From an uncultured Hyphomicrobiales bacterium (lineage in GTDB: Bacteria; Pseudomonadota; Alphaproteobacteria; Rhizobiales; Devosiaceae), in contig CAIMLX010000266.1 of the NCBI GenBank assembly GCA_903842455.1, positions 648 to 64,647 on the forward strand: a stretch of 64,000 bases of DNA. Reading direction: 5' to 3'. Every line of letters begins with the position of its first letter. Positions within the stretch are counted from its first letter, which is position 1. Shown here one piece after another: positions 45,666 to 54,550 of this stretch. The notes beneath the pieces are model-generated. The model ran no database searches. It was not told the origin of the DNA and saw only the letters and a list, made by a program, of their open reading frames with translations. The position numbers were made by a program, and so were the translations under genes.

Positions 45666-46858
45666 TGCTGGGTGATCGCCACCGGTCCAGTCGAACTTTC
45701 CGAATACGCGCGCGGAAACTCGAGCTCGGTCTTGCGAGGCGCAGGCAAGGCCAGTTCGGCCGCCCGTTCCCGGTCAAGTGCCTCTGATTCCTGCACACGC
45801 AACCGCGTGAAGTGCATCAGCGGATTGGGCCAGTTGGCGGTCGGGTCGACGTCAAAAAAGTGCCTGCCGGAAATATCTGGCGCGCCCTGCGGTGCCCAGC
45901 GCCCGCGCAGCATCGCGATACGCCGGTGAAGACGGTACCTTACTGACGCGCTGGCGCGAGACAGCGTCCGCATCGGGTCATACCAAGTGCCTATCAGCAG
46001 GTGCCGGGTGCCCTCCAGCCACGTCCCGGCTCCGAACAGCACCACAACAAAGTGAAAGCGCAGATGCGCCGAGGACAAGGCCCAGTCCATCGCGCGAGGC
46101 TGCGCTGGAAGCTCCTTGCGCAGCCTGCGCAGCATGGTGATCCCATGTTCAGCCATCACTCGCCACTGTTTGCTCAGTGAGTTGGGGCTGTTGCGATAAC
46201 CCACAAGTCGCTCCGGCACCGCTCCCACCGGACCAGTCCAGGCGAGGCGGAGTTGCAGGTTGAAGTCCTCGTTGCCCAGAAGCCGTTCATCGAAAGCTCC
46301 GACGGCCTGCAGGCGATGCCGCCACAGCACGTAGTTTGATCCATTGCCGACATAGTTGTGGGCCAGCAGGCGATAGAAGCCGATGCCCTCGACAATGACC
46401 ACCTCGTTCAGGCTCGCCACCCGGCCCTGAAAGTCGATGCCACGCCAGAAACAATAGGCAAATCCAGCGCCTTGCCCGAGCCGCTCCAGCGCAGCACAGG
46501 TCCGCTCCAGATAGGTCGGGTGCCAGAGGTCGTCTGCATCGAGCGGCGCGATGATGTCGCCGCTCGATGCCGCAATCGCAATGTTGCGCGCCCGGCTGAC
46601 GCCGCCATTTTGCACCGAGATCACCTGCAGGCGCGGCAGTATGTCGGTGTATCGTTGCGCCACCTGAACCGTATCGTCGCTCGATCCGTCATCGACGACG
46701 ACGACTTCGAACGGCACCCGCGTCTGTCGGGCCACACTATCGAGCGTTTCTGCAAGAGTACGCGATGCATTATAGGCCGGCACGATATCACTGATGCTGG
46801 CGACCACTTGTGAACTGAAGCCCCGTTTGCCCACTTTTTCGCCGCCAGCGATTGGCAA
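45662..46858 (-). CDS. Glycosyltransferase family 2 protein with C-terminal extension of about 200 aa
   Basis: Motifs DIVPAYNASRTLAETLDSVARQT, VVVDDGSSDDT and PLDADD. The start is uncertain: TTG 46858 or GTG 46807. Confidence 0.8.
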   Translation of the reverse strand: MPIAGGEKVGKRGFSSQVVASISDIVPAYNASRTLAETLDSVARQTRVPFEVVVVDDGSSDDTVQVAQRYTDILPRLQVISVQNGGVSRARNIAIAASSGDIIAPLDADDLWHPTYLERTCAALERLGQGAGFAYCFWRGIDFQGRVASLNEVVIVEGIGFYRLLAHNYVGNGSNYVLWRHRLQAVGAFDERLLGNEDFNLQLRLAWTGPVGAVPERLVGYRNSPNSLSKQWRVMAEHGITMLRRLRKELPAQPRAMDWALSSAHLRFHFVVVLFGAGTWLEGTRHLLIGTWYDPMRTLSRASASVRYRLHRRIAMLRGRWAPQGAPDISGRHFFDVDPTANWPNPLMHFTRLRVQESEALDRERAAELALPAPRKTELEFPRAYSESSTGPVAITQQ

Positions 46859-47151
46859 GTCAAGCAGCCGCGCTTAGGCTGCCGACAGCCGCAATACTTG
46901 CATCCGCCGCAAACAACCCTCGCTGCCGGGGACGCCCCTGAGGCCTTGCCATCGGCGGCGTTTTCCCATACATCCCGCCTCGCATTCGTTCGGCCGGGGG
47001 CTGAACGGAGGGTGCGCCATTTGCGCATAGGGAAGTTCCCGTCCTCCCGTGTTCCCGCTCTTTAGAAGACTGCTTTGGCGCCTTTCCGGCTTCAAAGGGG
47101 CTCCGCGCCGCGGGAATGCAGAGTTGAAACTCTCGAGAAGGAAGGCGCTTC

Positions 47152-47565
47152 ATGGCCCTCTACGAGCATATCTACCTGGCCCGCCAGGACGTTTCGCCGA
47201 CGCAGGTCGAGGAAATGACGGCGGCGCTGACCGCTGTCATCACCGAAGGCGGCGGCAAGGTCACCAAGAACGAGTACTGGGGCCTCAAGTCGCTCTCGTA
47301 CCGCATCAAGAAGAACCGCAAGGCCCACTACACCCTGCTCAACCTCGACGCGCCGCACCAGGCGATCGCCGAGATGGAGCGCCAGATGGGCATCAACGAA
47401 GACATCCTGCGCTTCCTGACCATCCGCGTCGACGAGCTCGAGGAAGGTCCCTCGGCCATGATGCAGAAGCGCGACCGCGACGACGACCGTGGCGACCGTC
47501 CGGGCCGCCCGGGTGGCGATCGCGGCGGCTTCGACCGCGGCAGCCGTCCGCCGCGTCGTTTCTGA
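47152..47565 (+). CDS. rpsF: 30S ribosomal protein S6
   Basis: [21 protein letters not shown]... with an acidic/basic C-terminal tail. Confidence 0.97.
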   Translation: MALYEHIYLARQDVSPTQVEEMTAALTAVITEGGGKVTKNEYWGLKSLSYRIKKNRKAHYTLLNLDAPHQAIAEMERQMGINEDILRFLTIRVDELEEGPSAMMQKRDRDDDRGDRPGRPGGDRGGFDRGSRPPRRF

Positions 47566-47586
47566 GTTCTGGAAGGATAGAGAAAA

Positions 47587-47841
47587 ATGGCCATCAAAGA
47601 CCTTACTACCGCCACGGCTCGCCGTCCCTTCCAGCGCCGTCGCAAGACCTGCCCGTTCTCGGGCCCGAACGCGCCGAAGATCGACTACAAGGACGTGCGC
47701 CTGCTGCAGCGCTACGTTTCCGAGCGCGGCAAGATCGTCCCCTCGCGGATCACCGCGGTTTCTGCCTTGAAGCAGCGCGAACTGGCCAAGGCCATCAAGC
47801 GCGCCCGCTTCATCGGGATCATGCCCTACGCCGTTCAGTAA
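47587..47841 (+). CDS. rpsR: 30S ribosomal protein S18
   Basis: Contains [35 protein letters not shown]. Confidence 0.97.
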   Translation: MAIKDLTTATARRPFQRRRKTCPFSGPNAPKIDYKDVRLLQRYVSERGKIVPSRITAVSALKQRELAKAIKRARFIGIMPYAVQ

Positions 47842-47970
47842 GAACCGGCACACCGTTGGCGGCTGGACGCTCCAGGGCGTGCCAGCTCGCCGAAGGACTC
47901 GCTGGGGTCGCGGGAATGGTCTCGCGGCTCCTAACCGTTCGCCTCGAACGGGACAGCCAAGGATAGAGAA

Positions 47971-48546
47971 ATGAAAGTCATTCTGCTCGAGCGCGTCGGT
48001 CGCTCCGGTCATATCGGCGACGAAGTCAACGTCAAGGACGGCTTCGCCCGCAACTTCCTGCTGCCGCAGGGCAAGGCGCTGCGCGCCACGGAAGCCAACC
48101 GCTCGAAGTTCGCGCGCGACCGCGCCGATATCGAAAAGCGCAACCAGGAGCGCCGCGAGGCCGCTTCGGGCATCGCCGCCGGCCTCAACGGCCACTCGGT
48201 GGTGATGATCCGCCAGGCCGGCGAAACCGGCCAGCTCTACGGCTCGGTCGCCTCGCGCGATATCTCCGATGCGCTGGCTGCGGACGGCTACAGCGTCGGC
48301 CGTTCGCAGATCGATCTGGCAACCCCGATCAAGACCGTCGGCGTCCACCCGGTGTCGCTGAACCTGCACGCCGAAGTGGCGGTCACCATCACCGTGAACG
48401 TCGCCCGCTCGGCCGACGAGGCCAACCGCCAGGCCGCCGGTGAAGATCTCACCGCCATCAACTACGACGACGCCGCCGCGGAAGAATTCGCCGCTGGCAA
48501 GGCCGAAGCCGGCTCTGCCGCTGACTTCAGCGAAGACGACGAGTAA
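47971..48546 (+). CDS. rplI: 50S ribosomal protein L9
   Basis: MKVILLERVGRSGHIGDEVNVKDGFARNFLLPQGKA... Confidence 0.97.
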   Translation: MKVILLERVGRSGHIGDEVNVKDGFARNFLLPQGKALRATEANRSKFARDRADIEKRNQERREAASGIAAGLNGHSVVMIRQAGETGQLYGSVASRDISDALAADGYSVGRSQIDLATPIKTVGVHPVSLNLHAEVAVTITVNVARSADEANRQAAGEDLTAINYDDAAAEEFAAGKAEAGSAADFSEDDE

Positions 48547-48571
48547 GCGACCCCTGTCGCAGCAAATTCGA

Positions 48572-48603
48572 AGGCCGGGCCCAGCGCCCGGCCTTTTGTT
48601 TTC
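48572..48603 (+). terminator. Rho-independent terminator of the rpsF-rpsR-rplI operon
   Basis: AGGCCGGGC-CCAGC-GCCCGGCCT is followed by TTTTGTTTT, 26 nt after the rplI stop. Confidence 0.75.
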
Positions 48604-48738
48604 TGCGGGGAGTATTTGGCGGCTGAAATGCCACACCTGACCGGTATCTGACCCGCAGCTTTTCTTGAGACATGGACCCCTGCAGATACTTCTGACTACT
48701 GTCCGAAATCTGTACACTATTTGATTCTGGGGACTGTT

Positions 48739-49416
48739 ATGATTCGTCGCCTCGCGGTAGCCACGGCACTGGCCAGCCTGCTCGTTTCCGCTCAAGCCGT
48801 TGCTGCCGATGCGATGATCGAGGTTGCTCCGCCGCTGAACGACGCGCCGTCCCGTGGATACGCGACATTCTTCGCCGGCGCCTCGCTGCCGCATGCCGAA
48901 GTGACCGCCTACGATGCCGATATCCCGATCGGCATCACGTTCGACCTCGATTTTGATATCGGCTACATCCTTGGTGGTGCCGTCGGCACGACGATCCTGC
49001 CGAGCCTGCGCGGCGAAGTGGAATTCTCGGTGATCAAGTCGACCGTCTCCGACTTCATCGTCGACGGCAACGATATCGACACCACCGGCTACAACTTGCT
49101 GGGCAACCTCTGGTACGATGTCGATACCGGCACGAGCTTCACCCCCTATATCGGTGGCGGCGTCGGCTACGGCTACGACGTGATCACGGGCGACGTGGCA
49201 GACAGCGATGGCACCACCAGCGGCCTGCTCTACCAACTCGGCGGCGGCGTGCGCTTTGCCGCCATGGACAATATCGGTCTCGACCTCGCCTACCGTTACC
49301 GCGTCCAGCCTGATGCAGAAATCACGCTCGACGGCCTGATGATGGACGACGCCGATAGCATCACCAGCAGTGCGACCAACCACATCGTGACGGCGGGCGT
49401 CACCGTCGGTTTCTGA
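48739..49416 (+). CDS. Outer-membrane beta-barrel protein (Omp25/Omp31/RopB-like)
   Basis: ATG 48739. It has the signal peptide ALASLLVSAQAVAADA, alternating beta-strand pattern, YIGGGVGYGY and a C-terminal ...AGVTVGF. Confidence 0.8.
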   Translation: MIRRLAVATALASLLVSAQAVAADAMIEVAPPLNDAPSRGYATFFAGASLPHAEVTAYDADIPIGITFDLDFDIGYILGGAVGTTILPSLRGEVEFSVIKSTVSDFIVDGNDIDTTGYNLLGNLWYDVDTGTSFTPYIGGGVGYGYDVITGDVADSDGTTSGLLYQLGGGVRFAAMDNIGLDLAYRYRVQPDAEITLDGLMMDDADSITSSATNHIVTAGVTVGF

Positions 49417-49436
49417 TCCGATCAGCTGAAGTTGAG

Positions 49437-49472
49437 GACGGCGCATGAGGCTACTCGTGCGCCGTCTTTTTT
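49437..49472 (+). terminator. Rho-independent terminator of the OMP gene
   Basis: GACGGCGCA-N12-TGCGCCGTC is followed by TTTTTT, 21 nt after the stop. Confidence 0.8.
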
Positions 49473-49632
49473 CCGCCGGCCCCGAATCGCGCTAGAAGCA
49501 GGCGAGCCGCACTCCTGTCGAAATCGTCGGATCGATTGCGATTCCCCCGTTTTCACCAGTGATCACAGCCACCCCGTCCGCGTTCACCGTAGTGACGCAA
49601 ATTGCAGCTTTCCCCATCCGGCAAACCGGTGG

Positions 49633-49647
49633 TTAAGGAAGGCTTAA
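49633..49647. promoter_or_regulatory. CtrA-box-like motif TTAA-N7-TTAA
   Basis: TTAAGGAAGGCTTAA(AC) lies 28 nt upstream of the dnaB ATG and matches the core of the alphaproteobacterial CtrA consensus TTAA-N7-TTAAC. Confidence 0.3.
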
Positions 49648-49674
49648 ACCAGCTCAGCGAGACTCCGAGTCGTC

Positions 49675-51165
49675 ATGGCCGATACCAACGTTCATCGCCT
49701 GCGTCCGGGAGAGGAAAAGCCTTTCCGCCTCGCGCCCCACAATGTGGAGGCGGAGCAGGCGCTGCTGGGCGCGGTGCTGGTCAACAACGAGGCGTTCTAC
49801 CGCGTCTCGGATTTCCTGATCCCCGAGCATTTCTACGAGCCGATCCACCGCACCATCTACGAGGTACTGGGCAAGATCATCCGTGCCGGGAAGACGGCGA
49901 CGCCGATCACCGCCAAGACGTATCTGGGCGAGCAGCTGACGCCCGAAGTGACGATGTCGCAGTACCTGGCGCGGCTCGCGGCAGAAGCCACCACCGTCAT
50001 CAACGCGGCCGACTACGGCCAGTCGATCTACGACCTGGCGATCCGCCGCAACCTGATCCAGATCGGCGAGGAGATGGTGCATGTCGCCTACGACTCCGAC
50101 GTCGAGGCGACGGCCAACAAGCAGATCGAGGAAGCCGAAAAGCAGCTCTTCGACCTTGCCGAAAAGGGCCGCTATGATGGCGGCTTCCAGACCTTCTCCG
50201 CCGCACTCACCGAAGCCATCAAGATGGCGGGCGAAGCCTACTCGCGCGATGGCTCGCTGTCGGGCACCTCCACCGGGCTCGTCGACCTCGACAAGCTGAT
50301 GGGCGGCCTGCAGCGAAGCGACCTGATCATCCTCGCGGCGCGTCCCGCGATGGGCAAGACGTCGCTCGCTACCAACATCGCCTTCCATGTCGCGAAGAAC
50401 TTCCGCGGCGAAGTGCAGGCCGATGGGCATACCAAGACCATCGATGGCGGCCATGTGGGGTTCTTCTCGCTCGAAATGAGCGCCGAGCAGCTCGCCACCC
50501 GTATTCTCGCCGAGCAGGCCGAGATCTCGTCCTCCGACATCCGCCGCGGCAACATCCACGAGAGCCAGTTCGGCAAGCTGGTCGATACCTCCAACCTGAT
50601 GGCGTCGATCCCGCTTTATATCGACGATACGGGCGGTATCTCTGTGGCACAGCTCGCCGCCCGCGCCCGGCGCCTGAAGCGGCAGAAGGGCCTCGACCTC
50701 CTCGTCGTCGACTACCTGCAGCTGCTCTCGGGCTCGTCGAAAAAGGGCAACGAGAACCGCGTGCAGGAACTCACCGAGATCACCACGACGCTGAAGGCGC
50801 TGGCCAAGGAGCTCGAAGTGCCGATCATCGCGCTCAGCCAGCTCTCTCGCCAGGTGGAGAACCGCGACGACAAGCACCCACAGCTCTCCGACCTGCGTGA
50901 ATCGGGCTCGATCGAGCAGGACGCCGACGTCGTGCTGTTCGTCTACCGCGAGGAATACTACCTCAAGAACAAGGAACCCAAGGCCGGTAGCCCCGAGTAC
51001 CAGGCCTGGATGGCCGAGATGGAGCAGGTGCATGGCCGCGCCGAAATCATCATCGGCAAGCAGCGTCACGGCCCCACCGGCACCGTGCAGGTGAGCTTCG
51101 AGGCGCAGTTCACCCGCTTCGGCAACCTCGCCCAGACCGACTACCTGCCCGAGAGGATGGAATAG
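49675..51165 (+). CDS. dnaB: Replicative DNA helicase
   Basis: PHNVEAEQALLGAVL, Walker A ARPAMGKTSLA and IIALSQLSRQVE. 496 aa, with no intein-sized insertion. Confidence 0.97.
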   Translation: MADTNVHRLRPGEEKPFRLAPHNVEAEQALLGAVLVNNEAFYRVSDFLIPEHFYEPIHRTIYEVLGKIIRAGKTATPITAKTYLGEQLTPEVTMSQYLARLAAEATTVINAADYGQSIYDLAIRRNLIQIGEEMVHVAYDSDVEATANKQIEEAEKQLFDLAEKGRYDGGFQTFSAALTEAIKMAGEAYSRDGSLSGTSTGLVDLDKLMGGLQRSDLIILAARPAMGKTSLATNIAFHVAKNFRGEVQADGHTKTIDGGHVGFFSLEMSAEQLATRILAEQAEISSSDIRRGNIHESQFGKLVDTSNLMASIPLYIDDTGGISVAQLAARARRLKRQKGLDLLVVDYLQLLSGSSKKGNENRVQELTEITTTLKALAKELEVPIIALSQLSRQVENRDDKHPQLSDLRESGSIEQDADVVLFVYREEYYLKNKEPKAGSPEYQAWMAEMEQVHGRAEIIIGKQRHGPTGTVQVSFEAQFTRFGNLAQTDYLPERME

Positions 51166-52307
51166 TGATGTCCGCCCCCGCAGTGGCGACAGGCTACGGT
51201 GGCCGGCTGACGGTCGACCTAGGGGCGCTCAAGCGCAACTGGCAGGCGCTCGACAAGGTGAGCAAGGGAGCGCTGACCGGCGCCGTGGTCAAGGCCGACG
51301 CCTACGGAACGGGGATCACCCAGTCATCGAAGGCGCTCTACGAGGCCGGCGCCCGCTTCTTTTTCACCGCCACGCCCGACGAGGGTATTGCGGTGCGCGC
51401 CGCCCTGCCCGAAGACAGCCACATCTTCATCCTTTCGGGCCTGTTCCCGGGCTCCGCGCCGCTCTATGTCGGCGAGCGGCTGATGCCTTGCATCGCCTCG
51501 ATCCCGATGCTCGAAGAGTGGCTCGAGGCCTGCCTGGCGCGCAACCAGGCGCTGCCGGCGGCGCTGCACTTCGATACCGGCATCAACCGGCTCGGTTTCC
51601 GCCTCAACGAAGCCGCGACGGTGAAGCGCATGATCGAGCAGGTCGGCTACGCCCCGCAGATGATCATGAGCCACCTCGCGTGCGCCGATGTTCCGCAGCA
51701 CGAGAAGAACCGCACCCAGCTGGCGCTGTTCGCCTCGGTGATGAGCCAGTTCCCAAACGTCCCCGCCTCGCTCGCCAACTCGGCCGGGCTGATGACCAAC
51801 CGCGATAACCATTTCCAGATGGTCCGCCCCGGCGTGGCGCTCTATGGCGGCCGCGCCGTCGCCGGCCGCCGCAATCCGATGGCGCCGGTGGTGACGCTCG
51901 AAGCGCCCGTCCTGATGGTCAAAGAAGTGAAGACCGGTGAGTCCGTGGGCTACGGCGCACTGCAGACCATGCACCGCGACAGCCGCATCGCCATTGTGGG
52001 CATCGGTTACGCCGACGGCTTTTTCCGCTCGCTGTCGAGCGCCGACAACCATCGCGGCACCAGCGTCGTCATCGGCGGCGCCCCCTGCCCCGTCGTCGGG
52101 CGCGTCTCGATGGACATGATCGGCGTCGATGTCACCGACCTGCCCGAACTCCCCGCTCCCGGTGCCATGGCCGAGATCATCGGCAAGACCATCACCGTCG
52201 ACGACCACTCCGATGTCGCCGGCACCATCGGCTACGAAGTGCTCACCAGTCTCAAGGGGCGCTACGTACGCCAGTATGTGGAAAGCGTCGGGGGGGCGAC
52301 GGCGTAG
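51165..52307 (+). CDS. alr: Alanine racemase
   Basis: VVKADAYGTG carries the PLP Lys, with ...YGALQT... and GRVSMDMI. The start is GTG 51165 (overlapping the dnaB stop) or ATG 51168. Confidence 0.93.
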   Translation: MMSAPAVATGYGGRLTVDLGALKRNWQALDKVSKGALTGAVVKADAYGTGITQSSKALYEAGARFFFTATPDEGIAVRAALPEDSHIFILSGLFPGSAPLYVGERLMPCIASIPMLEEWLEACLARNQALPAALHFDTGINRLGFRLNEAATVKRMIEQVGYAPQMIMSHLACADVPQHEKNRTQLALFASVMSQFPNVPASLANSAGLMTNRDNHFQMVRPGVALYGGRAVAGRRNPMAPVVTLEAPVLMVKEVKTGESVGYGALQTMHRDSRIAIVGIGYADGFFRSLSSADNHRGTSVVIGGAPCPVVGRVSMDMIGVDVTDLPELPAPGAMAEIIGKTITVDDHSDVAGTIGYEVLTSLKGRYVRQYVESVGGATA

Positions 52308-52339
52308 TCTCCACCGCCGCGCCGCATTGCTTGAACCCA

Positions 52340-52477
52340 CCCCTCATCCGCCCTTCGGGCACCTTCTCCCACAAGGGGAGAAGGCGATGGAACCGCGGCC
52401 TTGTTGGTCGGAAGGGAAGACGTTGCAGGTTCGCCTTCTCCCCTTGTGGGAGAAGGTGGCGGCAGCCGGATGAGGGG
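52340..52477. repeat. 138-bp nested palindromic intergenic element (REP/RIME-like)
   Basis: The outer arms are CCCCTCATCCG (52340-52350) and CGGATGAGGGG (52467-52477). The inner 23-nt hairpin CCTTCTCCCACAAGGGGAGAAGG (52362-52384) has its exact reverse complement at 52434-52456. The element lies between alr and a convergent GFA gene. Confidence 0.75.
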
Positions 52478-52511
52478 TCGCGATCGCAGATTGCGCCTGG
52501 CGGCCCCACCC

Positions 52512-52877
52512 TCACCACAAATTCCGCCCGTCGATCTCCTCCACCGTCAGCGACTTCAGGTCGAAGTCGTCGAGCAGCCTCACGTTGATGGCGAACTTCC
52601 TTTTCTCCGGCACCCCCTCGCCGCCCAGTTCCCAGTCCGGCGAGATGCCGTAGGTGGTACAGCCGCAGTTGGCACAGAAATAGTGCTGGTTCAGGCCCGA
52701 CGGGGCGTACTCGCCGCGATGCGCATCTGAGACGATCTTCGGCACATCGGGCGGATAGTAGGCCCAGAGCCCGCCGGTCTTGGTGCAGAAGGTGCAGGTG
52801 CAGCTTGTTGCATGGGTCGGCGCGTCCGGCAGTTCGATCCGGGTACCGCCGCAGTGGCAGGTGGCGATCATGGTCAC
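52512..52877 (-). CDS. GFA (glutathione-dependent formaldehyde-activating/CENP-V-like) family protein
   Basis: Cys motifs CHCGG...CTCTFC...CANCG. The start is GTG 52877 or ATG 52871. Confidence 0.85.
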   Translation of the reverse strand: MTMIATCHCGGTRIELPDAPTHATSCTCTFCTKTGGLWAYYPPDVPKIVSDAHRGEYAPSGLNQHYFCANCGCTTYGISPDWELGGEGVPEKRKFAINVRLLDDFDLKSLTVEEIDGRNLW

Positions 52878-52967
52878 GGCAAATCTCCTCTGTTCCGGCC
52901 CCTCCTCATCGCCCCGACCTGCTGACAGGCGGTGTCAGCAACGCCGAAAAGTTATCCCCGCACAATT

Positions 52968-52982
52968 GTTCCCTTTTCGTTC
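52968..52982 (+). promoter_or_regulatory. Alphaproteobacterial LexA-type SOS box GTTC-N7-GTTC
   Basis: GTTCCCTTTTCGTTC lies 53 nt upstream of the radA ATG, in the divergent GFA/radA intergenic region. Confidence 0.35.
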
Positions 52983-53034
52983 TTGCGTCACATCCCATAC
53001 TCGACTACCGTTCTGCTCTTCCCGGGACCTCACA

Positions 53035-54423
53035 ATGGCACGCACCAAAACCTCCTATGTCTGCCAGGCCTGCGGCGCCGTTTCACCGCGCTGGCTGGGC
53101 CGCTGCGAGAGCTGCGGGGAGTGGAACACCATCGTCGAGGAACTCGTCGATTCGGGTGTCGGCGCCGGCCCCAAGTCGGCGATTGCCGGTGGCCGCCCGG
53201 TCGAACTGGTGCCGCTGGCCGGTGAGATCGAGACGGCGGCGCGCGTCGTTTCCGGCATTGCCGAGCTTGATCGCGTCACCGGCGGTGGCTTCGTCGTCGG
53301 CTCGGCCGTGCTGGTGGGCGGCGATCCGGGCATCGGCAAGTCGACCCTGCTGCTGCAGGGCGCAGCGGCGCTGGCGAATTCCGGCAAGCGCGTCGTCTAT
53401 GTCTCGGGCGAAGAGGCGGTGGCGCAGATCCGGCTTCGGGCGCAGCGGCTGGGACTGGCGGACAGCCCGGTCCTCCTTGCCAGCGAAACCAATGTCGAGA
53501 TCATCCTCGCCACCCTGCAGAAGGGCCCGCCGCCCGACCTGGTGATCATCGATTCGATCCAGACGCTGTGGACCGACCGCGTCGAAAGCGCGCCGGGCAC
53601 CGTTACCCAGGTGCGCACCTCGGCGCAGGCGCTCACCCGTTTCGCCAAGAAGTCCGGCGCCTGCGTGGTGCTTGTCGGCCACGTCACCAAGGACGGGCAG
53701 ATCGCCGGTCCGCGCGTCGTCGAGCACATGGTCGACGCGGTGCTCTATTTCGAGGGCGATTCCAGCCACACCTTCCGCATCCTGCGCGGCGTGAAGAACC
53801 GCTATGGCGCGACCGACGAGATCGGGGTGTTCGAGATGTCGACGCAGGGGCTGCAGGAGGTCGCCAACCCCTCCTCGCTGTTCCTCGACCAGCGCGACAA
53901 GTCGGCGACCGGCTCGGCGGTGTTCGCCGGCATGGAGGGCACCCGCCCGGTGTTGTGCGAGATCCAGGCGCTCGTTGCCCCCTCGCCACTCGGCACCCCC
54001 CGCCGCGCGGTGGTCGGCTGGGATTCCTCCCGTCTCTCGATGGTGCTGGCGGTGCTCGAAACCCGCTGCGGCGTCCGTATCGGCGCCAACGATATCTACC
54101 TCAACGTCGCGGGCGGGCTGAAGATCAGCGAGCCGGCCGCGGACCTCGCGGTTGCCGCTGCGCTGATCTCCTCGCTCACCGGCGCACCGCTGCCGCCCGA
54201 TGCGGTGTTCTTCGGCGAGATTTCGCTCGCCGGCGGCGTTCGGCCGGTCGTGCACGGAGCCCTGCGGATCCGCGAAGCGCAGAAGCTCGGGTTCAAGGCC
54301 GCAGTCACCGGCCGGCTCAGCGCGGCCGACGCGATCACCGGCATCCGGGTTTCGGAATATTCCGAACTCGCCGAACTCATCGGCCGCATCGCCGCGTCGG
54401 GCCAGCGGCAGGCGGCGGAATGA
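53035..54423 (+). CDS. radA: DNA repair protein RadA
   Basis: ATG 53035. It has the zinc finger CQACG...CESCGEWNT, Walker A GGDPGIGKSTLLLQ, KNRYGAT and a Lon-like C-terminus. Confidence 0.97.
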   Translation: MARTKTSYVCQACGAVSPRWLGRCESCGEWNTIVEELVDSGVGAGPKSAIAGGRPVELVPLAGEIETAARVVSGIAELDRVTGGGFVVGSAVLVGGDPGIGKSTLLLQGAAALANSGKRVVYVSGEEAVAQIRLRAQRLGLADSPVLLASETNVEIILATLQKGPPPDLVIIDSIQTLWTDRVESAPGTVTQVRTSAQALTRFAKKSGACVVLVGHVTKDGQIAGPRVVEHMVDAVLYFEGDSSHTFRILRGVKNRYGATDEIGVFEMSTQGLQEVANPSSLFLDQRDKSATGSAVFAGMEGTRPVLCEIQALVAPSPLGTPRRAVVGWDSSRLSMVLAVLETRCGVRIGANDIYLNVAGGLKISEPAADLAVAAALISSLTGAPLPPDAVFFGEISLAGGVRPVVHGALRIREAQKLGFKAAVTGRLSAADAITGIRVSEYSELAELIGRIAASGQRQAAE

Positions 54424-54550
54424 CGGGGATGCGGTGCCGATTGGCAACGCTACCTCGCTTTGCCGTGAACAGGACACGCCGTGCGCTTGGCTTTGCCCAA
54501 GTTAGCGGCTAAACGGGGCTTCAGCTGGTCCCGATGGGCGGATTCTCTAC

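Noticed and set aside
46859-47151. S6:S18-binding autoregulatory leader upstream of rpsF
   Set aside because: The 293-nt spacer is long enough, but I could not identify a convincing conserved hairpin or rRNA-mimic motif by eye. It also has to house the divergent GT2 promoter. A covariance-model search would be needed.
47092-49446. 784-aa minus-strand ORF
   Set aside because: It runs antisense across rpsF, rpsR, rplI and the OMP gene and across their intergenic regions and terminators. It is a shadow ORF with no motifs.
52331-52588. Short ORFs (85-114 aa, both strands) across 52129-52588
   Set aside because: They are translations of the palindromic intergenic element and flanks. Mirror-image peptides on both strands are a hallmark of REP-like repeats, not genes.
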